DNA of 64,000 bases from an uncultured delta proteobacterium (lineage in GTDB: Bacteria > Desulfobacterota > Binatia > UBA9968). A model generated the notes under the pieces. The model worked only from the letters and a program-made list of their open reading frames with translations. It did no database searches and was not told the DNA's origin. Location of the stretch: NCBI GenBank assembly GCA_963840855.1, contig CAWJBB010000050.1, positions 32,001 through 96,000 on the forward strand, given 5' to 3'. Shown in pieces: positions 52,032-61,361 of this stretch (position 1 is the first letter of the stretch; the number at the start of each line of letters is the position of its first letter). The position numbers were made by a program, and so were the translations under genes.

Positions 52032-52170
52032 GCGATGGGTACTGTGTTAGGTGTCGCATAACGGGGCTTCCGTCAAAGAATGGCCGTTCATCCGTCTTAT
52101 CGTCTCCGCGCCTTCTGAGGATTCCAGGTCGTAGCGAATCAGCGATCGTCTGGAAGCCGGGAGTACAGCA

Positions 52171-52953
52171 ATGACACTTCGCATTCCCAGTTCCTGGTTC
52201 GCGATTGTCATCGTCCCGCTGCTTCTCACGCCGGCGGTTGGCCATCCGGATGCCGCAGCCTTGCAGGACGCCAACAGCATTCGCAACTTCCGGGCTACCA
52301 GCCCCTCGACCGCCGAGCTGCGGGTTACCGTGGACTACACGTTCACGGGTGAGAATTCGGGCGAGGTCACCATCCACGCGGCACCGGAGGAGAGGGGCGG
52401 GGTCTTCAATCCACGGCTCGTAGAGTTCGACGAGATTCCGGTGCAACAGGGGACTCACACCGTCACGCTGACCATCAAACGGCGCGAGGGTGCGGCGGAC
52501 TTCCTGAGCGTGACGGTGCGGGTGTGCATCTCCACGACCGACCAGGCGATCCTGTGCCAGGACTTTCCCCACGAAAAACGCTGGACCGCCGCGGCCCCGC
52601 CAGCGCCGCCCACACCGCCACCCCCCTCGCCACCGGCGCCCGGGACATGCTCGATTAGGGGTGAGGTCACGGGACCACTGCAGGGGGTCATTTCGCCCGA
52701 CAGTCCGGCTTCGCAGCCCATCAAGGTCACACTGAGAAGAATGGTGCTACGGGCGAAGGATGGCGGCCAGCCGAGACGTGTCCCGCTCACCAACCGCCGC
52801 TACGTTTTCGAGAACGTACGCGCCGAAACGACCTACGAGATCTTCCCGGACGAAGGATTCCGATCGGATCCTCCTCGGCGCACCGTGACTTGCAAGGGGA
52901 ACATCCGCCATAGCGGCCTGGATTTCAGGATCACCGGACCGCCGGTGCACTAG
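52171..52953 (+). CDS. Secreted two-domain protein with Pro-rich linker
   Basis: Signal peptide, PPAPPTPPPPSPP linker, CSIRGEV...YVF.NV beta-sandwich-like domain. Confidence 0.7.
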   Translation: MTLRIPSSWFAIVIVPLLLTPAVGHPDAAALQDANSIRNFRATSPSTAELRVTVDYTFTGENSGEVTIHAAPEERGGVFNPRLVEFDEIPVQQGTHTVTLTIKRREGAADFLSVTVRVCISTTDQAILCQDFPHEKRWTAAAPPAPPTPPPPSPPAPGTCSIRGEVTGPLQGVISPDSPASQPIKVTLRRMVLRAKDGGQPRRVPLTNRRYVFENVRAETTYEIFPDEGFRSDPPRRTVTCKGNIRHSGLDFRITGPPVH

Positions 52954-54035
52954 AGAGCGGCAGCGGCGCCATGCCCGGAAGGTCGAGCTGATCTGCGAAC
53001 ATCCGACTGCAGCCGACGCGTTCGAGGCGATGGCGCGCTGGGCGGCGCAAAGCGCGACGATGGGGGGAAGTGTCATCGAGTGCCGGCGTCTAAGGCCTCT
53101 GGGCAGCGGCCACCGCTCGCTCGTAGAACGCCGTGGCGCTCTCGCACATCTTCAAATACTCCTCGACCGTCGTGCCGAGCCGAGCCATCTCTATCTGAAT
53201 GAATCGCGCCAGGAACGCGTCACAGCCATCCATGCGCGTCGTCAGTTGGAAATTCGTGAGGGAGAAAAAAACCCCGCTAACGCCCCACTCATCTTCCCGG
53301 CGGTTGGGAGCGTGATGCTGGTGTCATCTGTTGGCGTCGCGGATCTGGCGGCCTGCTGTTCGGCGAGCGCGAGCTTGCGCTTTTCGAGTTCGAGGCGCTG
53401 TCCCGCAAGTTCGGCCTCGCGCCGCTCGACACGAATCCGTTCGGCTGCGCCTGTAGCGCCGGCCCCCTGCGCCTACGAGTTGCGCATGAATCGGTGTGCC
53501 GATCGCCGTGAGGAGCGTCGCCGTGAGCACGATGGGACGGAGCAGGGTACGCACCACGGACCGAACTGCATAGCACAGTCGCCCGATGTAGCCGCTCACC
53601 TCGGGACGACGAGTCGCCACCCGACGCGTCCGTCGTCGTCAGCTACGGTCGCTAGACCCACATGAACGTGAGATCCATCCTGTGGCTCGATAAACTCACC
53701 TTGCCGAGGAGAATCGAGGTATAGCCAGTTAATTCAAAAAACCTCTTACCGAAGTCGGAAGCAGATGATCCAGCTCTGTGCGAAGTTGACATAAGACCAC
53801 CTTATCGGATAGTCTCCGGCCAAAGTGACGAATGGAGGCTGCTTTTCTTTGTCCGACTCGCTATCGGCCTGTTGACACCTGGCTCGCAAGCGGCTGATGG
53901 AGCCGGGTTTCAGTTATTCGCGTCGAGATCCAAAAAGCAAATTCCTATCATTCTATCATTTCGTTGGTGCTGCCGTGCTTGCGCGGATGGTTTAGTGTGT
54001 CGTTGCGTTTCAGCCTGCTGATTTGGAGGGCCGTC

Positions 54036-54992
54036 ATGGCGAGCTATATCAACGTCATCAACAACTGGAACAATGGGCAGGGACGGCTCACGGCATACTT
54101 GCACGGATTCGATGTCGGCAGTCATGTGCTGCGCTCCGAGCACAAGACGTGGCTACAGCAGATCGCCTCCGACATTCTCACGACGGGCGCCTTCAAGATG
54201 GCCACGAAGACGAACGCGTTCTGCTGCGTCTGGCTGCTCGGAACAGCGAGTCGAACTGCTCCGAACGCGACGAACGACAGGTTGTCCAAGGACCGAGCAA
54301 ACGAGGTCAAGAAGACGCTCGACTCGCTGCTCGCGAAGAAAGTGGCCTGTGTCATCAAGGAGACCGGCCTTGGCGAGACCATCCCGTTTCTGCAGGGAAA
54401 GCGCGATGGAACCGAGGATCCGCTCGACCGCTCGGTGCTGCTCGTCGCGGAATGGCACACGATTCCGAATTCACAGCCACCGATCATCAAGCGGCCCGAC
54501 CCCGCGACCAAGCCCATCGAAGCCGAGTTCCATGTCTGGGCACTGCGCCATACGGTCATCCTCGCGAAGAAGTGGGAAGTCCACCTCATTGCGAAATGGA
54601 GCGCAGCCCCGAAACCTTTGTATCGAGGTTGGCAGTTCACGGTGAGCGGTCTCGCGGTCAGCCCCGAGGACGTCGTGGACGCACCTCCGGGTGTTTCGCA
54701 GGACGGCATGTATGCCGGTCCAGCGAAGATCGGCTTTCCGTCCGCGAAGTCGCTCGACGGCCTCGACAACAAGAAGATCACGATGCGAACGCAAGGCAGC
54801 ACGCTCGTAGTCAGCATCAAAAGCGCGCTGGCGAACGGCAAGGATCTCGACCTGAGAATGCCGAGCACGACGGAGTGGGAGCTGTCTCAAGTCGGCGGGG
54901 GGTTGGGCAAAGGAAAGCCGCTGTCGGAGCGAGAGCAAGCGGAAGTGGAGGAAGCCTTGAGGATGCTGCGGGGCGAGGGGATTCCGACCTGA
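54036..54992 (+). CDS. Hypothetical protein with an OmpA-C-like domain
   Basis: FDVGSHVL..EH, G.ASRT....N..LSKDRA..V, GLGE, DRSV; GGAGG RBS. Confidence 0.65.
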   Translation: MASYINVINNWNNGQGRLTAYLHGFDVGSHVLRSEHKTWLQQIASDILTTGAFKMATKTNAFCCVWLLGTASRTAPNATNDRLSKDRANEVKKTLDSLLAKKVACVIKETGLGETIPFLQGKRDGTEDPLDRSVLLVAEWHTIPNSQPPIIKRPDPATKPIEAEFHVWALRHTVILAKKWEVHLIAKWSAAPKPLYRGWQFTVSGLAVSPEDVVDAPPGVSQDGMYAGPAKIGFPSAKSLDGLDNKKITMRTQGSTLVVSIKSALANGKDLDLRMPSTTEWELSQVGGGLGKGKPLSEREQAEVEEALRMLRGEGIPT

Positions 54993-55133
54993 CGACCCGG
55001 CAAATAGCGGATCGCCGTGTCGTCGACATCGGATCGCACCGCGACGAGTGAAAACTCGGCGCGCATTGCAACGGCCGCCCATGCGCTCGAGGCTATTGCA
55101 TCTCGTTTCAGAGCGGGCGATGAAAGTCCTGAG

Positions 55134-55200
55134 TGTATAGGAAATTTAACCCACCTTTTTTCTGCCCGGAGCTATATCGCTGAACTGGCGAGCCTGTCAG
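55134..55200 (-). mobile_element. IS91/ISCR-like oriIS end, orphan copy 3 (inverted)
   Basis: Reverse complement AAAAAAGGTGGGTTAAATTTCCTATAC. Confidence 0.65.
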
Positions 55201-55399
55201 GAAGATGAAAAATTCACCCAAGAAATTCGAATCGACCGCATGACAGGCAACTACGAATGGAAAAGCCGCATAAAGCCCGATGTCCGAAACGGAGTGGATC
55301 AGTGGGGAAAATGCTCTCCCTGCATTGCAAAAAAGCAGTTCTGAGTTATCCGCAGGGCGCCGCGCCTGCTGTTGGAGACTATCCACTGTTCCAGCTCGC

Positions 55400-55650
55400 C
55401 ATTTATCCGCTCATTCCGTGATGCGCTTTTGCGTGGATCGAGACAATAGGTGACCGAAAGACTAACAGTCCATAGGGCGCTCCCTGGTGATGGCAGCAAA
55501 GGCGTTTTCCAAGTCGCCTAGCCGTTCCAGCTCTACGGATTGAAGCTTAACGTCTAAAGTCTTGGCAGCCCCTTCGGTCTCTTTGAACTGCTGTCTCTGG
55601 CCCAAAAGGAGCTTCTGGACAGCTTCCTTCAGCAGCTCAATTCGTTTTAG
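55400..55650 (-). pseudogene. Degenerate internal SBP fragment fused to SRAP copy 1
   Basis: KRIELLKEAV...AKTLDVKLQSVEL...DLENAFAAITRERP. Confidence 0.65.
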
Positions 55651-55679
55651 GACTGTCTCTGGCGAGCGCGACGAAGCCG

Positions 55680-56126
55680 TCGTGACTATCGTATAGGTGC
55701 GCAAGAAACTTCCATCTGGTTGCTTCCAGGTATCCCATAAGCCGGCGAACGCGAACGGTTCACCTGACTTGAGCTTGAAGCGCATGGGAACCTTGCCCTT
55801 TCCTTCCTTCCGCCATTCGTAAAAACCATCGGCTAGAACGAGACAGCGGCGATTCCCCAGCAGCGCCTTGAAAGCCGTTTCTCGGCGAGCGTTTCAGCGC
55901 GAGCGTTGATCATCCTGTTACCGATCGCCGGATCTTTAGCCCACCATGGAATCAACCCCCACCGAAACATCTCAAGGTTTCGTTTTCCCGCGGCTTGAAC
56001 AATTACGGGCGCTTCTTGAGTCGGAGCGATATTGTAGCGGGGCTTTAAATCAAAGACTTCGTCGACATCCCAGGTAAGGCGAAGGTCGGAAAATTCAGCG
56101 GGAAAATACGTGTAGCGACCGCACAT
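55680..56126 (-). pseudogene. SOS response-associated peptidase (SRAP/YedK-HMCES), copy 1; frameshifted and 3'-truncated
   Basis: MCGRY, PRYNIAPTQ, RWGLIPWW, INARAET, FAFAGLWD. Confidence 0.88.
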
Positions 56127-56195
56127 AAACCTTGTCCTTGCCCCGTTTGCGAAAGCGGAAACCTCTGGGGCAAACCCGCATACCACCCAAACGAT

Positions 56196-56633
56196 CTAGC
56201 GATGAATACCTGCACCCGCCTGCGTGAGACCCAATTCCTTATAGGCTTGGTTAAAACAAAATGCGTAAGTGCGGTTTTGGCTCTGGCCAAGGCATTTGCT
56301 GAGCCTATCCTTCACATGTTCGAACACCGCCGTCTCTGAGCGTATCGTAACTGTATGGGTCTGTTCCTTTTTGATATCGCCGCCCAAGGTAACGACCTTG
56401 AGATTAACGCTTCCTGTTGCGCCTTTCTCGACGACAAATGTGATACTCATTTCGAAGTCCTTTACGAGAAACATCGGGACGAGGTCGGCTTGAGTCTGAC
56501 GCCTTTGCGCCTCAATCAAGCCATTTCGAACAGCAAGAACCAAATCAGCGATATTAATTGCGTCTTGGGCAGACGAAGTGCCTACTCCTCCCACAATCAG
56601 CACAAATAAAGAAGCCACAGATCTAAGTTTCAT
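56196..56633 (-). CDS. Trypco2-like domain protein with signal peptide
   Basis: IADLVLAVRNGL...FEMSITFVVEK..TGSVNLKVVTLGG....HTVTI. Confidence 0.65.
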   Translation of the reverse strand: MKLRSVASLFVLIVGGVGTSSAQDAINIADLVLAVRNGLIEAQRRQTQADLVPMFLVKDFEMSITFVVEKGATGSVNLKVVTLGGDIKKEQTHTVTIRSETAVFEHVKDRLSKCLGQSQNRTYAFCFNQAYKELGLTQAGAGIHR

Positions 56634-56714
56634 GCCTCACCTCATGTAGTTGGCCGTTCTCGGCTTACGCGGGGCCTAGTGTATAACGTCTTATCCTCCA
56701 AAGTCCGAACACAA

Positions 56715-56938
56715 TCAATCCCTGGAGCACTCGCCTAATTTCCATCCCAAAAAACTCGGCCAACCCGCGCATGCCCTGATCGAACCTGATACCAGTATCT
56801 TGAAATCGTACGACTTCCACCACGGAGCCCAGGCGGCCGTCTTTGAGGATCTTTCCGAAGGGGATGCCAATAATGGGTATAAGGCGGCCCAGGAACGGCG
56901 CTGCCGGTGATCCAATAGCCTTTGTAGCGTTCCATCAT
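56715..56938 (-). pseudogene. Small hypothetical protein coupled to SRAP copy 2, apparently frameshifted
   Basis: MMERYKGYWITGSAVPGPPY start overlaps the SRAP stop. Confidence 0.4.
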
Positions 56939-57611
56939 AGCAGTTTGCCTTCAGCCGAGAGGATGCATTCCGGCGAGTCATTTCGGGGATTGTTCACGAT
57001 CGGTGGTACGTCGTAGCCTTCCATCTTTTCCGGCGGATATGGTTTCAGCAAAGTGAGCGCGTGGGCGATTTCGTCGCCAACCGCAATCCATTTCAGGGCG
57101 TCGTCGTTACTCAGCATAGCGGGCATCCGGTCATGGATCGGGCGTAGCACGTCGTTGGGTTCCGTCGTGACAATCGTATAGGTGCGCAAGAGATTTCCAT
57201 CCGGTTGTTTCCAGCTATCCCACAAACCGGCGAACGCGAACGGCTCTCCAGACTTGAGCTTGAAGCGCATGGGGGCTATTCGCTTTCCTCCTTTCCGCCA
57301 CTCGTAAAAGCCATCGGCAAGAACGAGACAGCGGCGATTCCCCAGCAGCGCCTTGAAAGCCGTTTCTCGGCGAGCGTTTCAGCGCGGGCGTTTATCATCC
57401 TGTTTCCAATGGCCGGATCTTTGGCCCACCAGGGAATCAATCCCCAGCGGAACAGCTTAAGGGTTCGTTTTCCCGCCGCTTGAACGATCACGGGCGCTTC
57501 TTGAGTCGGGGCGATGTTATAGCGGGGCTTTAAATCAAAGACTTCGTCGACATCCCAGATAAGGCGAAGATCGGAGAATTCACGGGGAAAATAGGTATAA
57601 CGACCGCACAT
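56935..57611 (-). pseudogene. SRAP family, copy 2; full length but frameshifted
   Basis: MCGRY...INARAET | FAGLWD...IHDRMP...VNNPRNDSPECI. Confidence 0.9.
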
Positions 57612-57684
57612 GCTGTTGTTTCATATCGCTATGCCGGACCGCGGTCAAATTCTCCCCGCGCATCATGCAGAAGGCGCGCAGGGA

Positions 57685-58062
57685 CTACGGACAGGAATTT
57701 TGGTGGACGCCGGGCGACCCTACGCCGGCCAGGGCGCCGGATGTGGAGGCGGCGGTGGCAGACTGAAAAGATCGGATAACTATCGACCTGTCGGCACTTA
57801 GAATATCGAGAACGTTGCGGGCCACTGAAACGCACTTATGAACGAAGTCTGCCTCGAGTCTGCCGAACGGATGACCTTTCGCCATGACCACCTCTTTGAT
57901 TCTATCCCGCATGGCACACTCGTCCATGGCCAAACCGTGATCCTTATGATACTGACTGACGAACTCGTAAAATTTCGCCGTATCGGTATCGTTTAAGGAA
58001 TCCCATGTGCTTGGGCTAACCCAATGGTCCAACGCTCGCTCTGTAAGCGATGAAAATATCAT
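57685..58062 (-). CDS. Hypothetical protein
   Basis: ALDHWV...TW......D..KFYEFV; 125 aa. Confidence 0.55.
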   Translation of the reverse strand: MIFSSLTERALDHWVSPSTWDSLNDTDTAKFYEFVSQYHKDHGLAMDECAMRDRIKEVVMAKGHPFGRLEADFVHKCVSVARNVLDILSADRSIVIRSFQSATAASTSGALAGVGSPGVHQNSCP

Positions 58063-58428
58063 AATTGTGGATAGGGGTATCGGTTCAGTTTGATGCGATT
58101 GATTTACTCTTTTGTAATGCGGCTCGGCTGAATGATTTTTTGACTTTGTCTCAGCAGCTCAATGTCTTCCAAATATTTGTGACTGGTTACAACGTTTAGA
58201 ATCTAACAACCTTTTTTGTGTGATCGTCGATATCGTGCAAGTTGTCCGGCCCTAGAGCAATCCGATCCTCTGGGAGCAAGCCTTGTGCCGTCTTATGCGG
58301 AAATATGGATTGCTTGCTTTTCAGGAGGTTACAGATGAAGCTCGCCGGGGTGTCCCACATCAGAGAAATTGAACGTGACTGAATGTCCGAGTTATGAGAA
58401 TCGGTCTTCCTTGTAAGAGTAAGTTCGC

Positions 58429-58746
58429 TCAATTCGCGCTGAGGGAATAACGCTGGTATCTATTATTCGAAAAAAAAATTACCACGCGATTGAAAGTTTT
58501 ATCGGTCTGTGGATCGTAAATCAGCAATCGCTTATATAGCCATGTATCATCATTCGGGGTAGATGAGGTAACGTCATCCGGTTTGCCGAGAATCTTTACA
58601 ATCTCCTCTTTAGTTTTACCGATAAGCCACTTTTCAGATTCGTCCCTCGTATAACGCCGTGAATCGGTGCTGAGAGCGTGCGAAGCCCAGAGGAAAATGA
58701 ACAGGGCAGCTATGAGCCCCATCCGATGTACGTTTATTGTTGCCAT
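58429..58746 (-). CDS. Small exported SmpA/BamE-like domain protein
   Basis: Signal peptide; GKTKEEIVKILGKPD...W.Y. Confidence 0.65.
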   Translation of the reverse strand: MATINVHRMGLIAALFIFLWASHALSTDSRRYTRDESEKWLIGKTKEEIVKILGKPDDVTSSTPNDDTWLYKRLLIYDPQTDKTFNRVVIFFSNNRYQRYSLSAN

Positions 58747-59069
58747 AGCTAAAACTCAATTTCTGGCCGATTGTGACGCAATTTTAGTGCCACAAATTGG
58801 AGATATATTTTGCCACTGATCAGGGAATCGATCATCGATGTTGCCGCCTCCGGTGCCAGAATAGCCAGCCAATCAATAGCGGGATTAAGATACCAACCCG
58901 CGCTGCCAAGGAAGCAAATGTTACAATTCCCATTGTTGAGTTTGCCTGATCAGCAACCTGCTGACCGATATATTACAATCCCGAAAAACCCGCTTTTGCA
59001 CGAGATCTAGCCCTTTGATCATCGCCTTGTCAATCCGGTCTTATCATTCCCCTCACATTCGTCACCCAA

Positions 59070-59338
59070 AGGCACGGTTTCAGCAAAGTGAGGGCATGGG
59101 CGATTTCGTCATCAACAGCAAGCCATTTGACGGCTTCGTCGTTGCTCAGCATGGCGGGCATCCGGTTATGGATCCGCCGCAACACGTCGTTGGGGTCCGT
59201 CGTGACAATCGTGTAGGTACGCAATAGATTTCCATCCGGTTGTTTCCAGGTAGCTTTAAACCGAAGATTTCGTCGACATTCCAGGTAAAGCGAAGGTCGG
59301 AAAATTCACGGGGGAAATAGGTGTAACGGCCCGCACAT
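59070..59338 (-). pseudogene. SRAP family, copy 3; internally deleted
   Basis: MCGRYTYFPREFSDLRFTWNVDEIF joined to TWKQPDGNLLRTYTIVTT...IHNRMP. Confidence 0.85.
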
Positions 59339-60401
59339 GATGGGCAGGTATTAGTTCGGGCCAATAGGAAATCAAGGCGCGCGGGATAGGGGCGGCGATC
59401 ACGAATTAGACTCAAAGAGCAATCTCGCCATGAATTGCGATCTGCAGCAATCTGCCGGCAGCTTGAGCCCAATCTAACTTAAGCGGCTTGATTTCGTTCT
59501 TGTAGGCTTCGCTTGATAGATGGCGCTTCAGTTCTTTCTCGTCGGTTACAGGCATCGTTCATTTTCCTTTCTATGTCCTGGTGACGTTGTGCCGGCGAGG
59601 GCGCCGGAGTTAGGGGCGGCGGTGGCAGACTGAAAAGATTTGGATGACTATCGACCTGTCGCACTTAGAAAGTCGAGAACGTTAGAGCAATGACATTTAT
59701 TCTTGTGTTCAACTGTTTAGTATCGCGGCGCGGCTCTGCTGAATGATTTTTTCACTTTGTCTCAGCAGCTTTTTAATTTTTTTCAAAAGTTGATGACTGG
59801 TTGTATTTAAACGTTTCGATTGAGCCAACGTTTATTCTATATCGTGCATTTGTCCGACTCCTAGAGCAAGAGATTTCCTGCAATTTTCTTATGTTGTGAC
59901 CCCATGCCGGTTGACGCTCGCGCATAATATCCCGGCGCGCCTGAAACCAGGTCCCTTTGGGCCAGTCCCAGTTGCAGTGGGGTAGCTCGTCCTCGTCGTA
60001 GTATCCGCTATTTACCGGGCTCTGCGTGAAAATGTTCTGCCAAGTATCAGCAGCCATCGGGCTTTCCTCCTTTATAAGGTTTACGTTTGGAGAAATCCAA
60101 ATATATCATCAATCTAGGCCGCAAGTTCGATGCCGTTGCTTACGGCCCGATAAAGGAACGTATCCCGATGGTGTTTTTATCTCTGTTCAGAATTGGACCG
60201 TTTTGAAATATAATTTGAGCAGCAACCCTATACGCGCGGATGCGCCGGAGTTAGGGGGGCGGTTGGAGATTAGTAGCGTGGGCTTCGTTTTTGATAAAAC
60301 GTCAAGCGTGCATTTAAGGAGCCAACGAGGCTGTTGTATATCGAAGAACCAAGCGGAAACAAAACTTTTTGCGAGCGTTCGGTTGTACCCTGGACAAGCA
60401 T

Positions 60402-60485
60402 CTACGCCTGCTGCGCTTCGGCTGCAACTCCAAGAGCAAGCAAGACCACTACGAAAAGGATTGATGGCACCGCAGCCTTCTTCAT
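60402..60485 (-). pseudogene. SBP signal-peptide relic (MKKAAVPSILFVVVLLALGVAAEAQQA*)
   Basis: Matches the N-termini of SBP genes 62348 and 63531; conserved leader upstream. Confidence 0.85.
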
Positions 60486-60595
60486 TGCGCACCTCGTTTC
60501 GAGCGTTTTGTATCACGCGGATACAGATAAAGGAAAGTGTGATTTACGGCGGAAGGCGATAGGGATTGGTCAAATAAGAAGGCAAGGGCCACCCT

Positions 60596-60664
60596 GAGAA
60601 TTGAACTGTACGCAACAGTCTCGTCTTGTAGGATGAAGTCGTAGGAGAATTCAGTTCAATCCTG
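60596..60664. repeat. Dyad element, both arms with divergent centre
   Basis: GAGAATTGAACTGTACGCAAC ... GGAGAATTCAGTTCAATCCTG. Confidence 0.85.
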
Positions 60665-60688
60665 GCAGGGCTGCTTGGTTTTCTGCCA

Positions 60689-60816
60689 TCACTTGATCAG
60701 CCTACTCGCCCGGGCAAGCACCTCCGGCGGTATCAGACCGATCTGTTTTGCGGTTTTGAGATTTATCACCAGCTCGAACTTTGTCGGCTGCTCCACAGGC
60801 AGGTCGCCTGGCTTGC
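60689..60816 (-). pseudogene. SBP 3' relic
   Basis: [40 protein letters not shown]. Confidence 0.85.
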
Positions 60817-60876
60817 AGTGGAGATGTGATGAGTTAGCATGAACAGAGCAATTCATCATTAATGCGGAGGTGATCT

Positions 60877-61188
60877 ATGCGATTTCTAGTCAAGGTGAAC
60901 ATTCCTGTCGAAGCCGGGAACAGGGCTGCGAAGGCGGGAAAGCTCGGCACAACCATCCAATCTATACTGGCGGATTTGAAGCCCGAGGCCGTGTATTTCA
61001 CGGACGACAATGGTCAACGGACGGCGTTTCTCTTCCTCGAAATGCAGGACGCTTCGCTGATCCCCGCAATTGCGGAGCCGTGGTTCCTCGCGTTCAATGC
61101 GAGCATTGAGATTCACCCGGTGATGGTACCTGACGACCTTGCTAAGGCTGGAGGCGCGATCGAGCAAGCAGTCAAGAAATACGGCTGA
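60877..61188 (+). CDS. DUF3303-like small ferredoxin-fold protein
   Basis: MRFLVKV..P.EAGN, KPEAVYF...GQRT, AEPWF, HPVM; GGAGG RBS. Confidence 0.7.
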   Translation: MRFLVKVNIPVEAGNRAAKAGKLGTTIQSILADLKPEAVYFTDDNGQRTAFLFLEMQDASLIPAIAEPWFLAFNASIEIHPVMVPDDLAKAGGAIEQAVKKYG

Positions 61189-61278
61189 TTGATCGGCGCC
61201 ATCTAACCGCCGCGGGAGCCGATAATTGAGTATGCTATTTTACTTAGTCACGACTCAACGGCATAGCGTTAGCCTTGA

Positions 61279-61337
61279 GATTGAACAACGGACAAATCTC
61301 ACAGGATTTGTTAGACGGCGAATTCAGTTCAATCCTG
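61279..61337. repeat. Dyad element with ~10-bp deletion in the left arm
   Basis: GATTGAAC|AACGGACAAATCTCACAGGATTTGTTAGACGGCGAATTCAGTTCAATCCTG. Confidence 0.88.
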
Positions 61338-61361
61338 GTATCGCCGCTTCGCTTTCTTTGC

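Noticed and set aside
54023-55051. Second 342-aa ORF overlapping 54036-54992
   Set aside because: Arg/Gly-rich alternative frame typical of high-GC DNA; the other frame has the RBS and the OmpA-like motifs.
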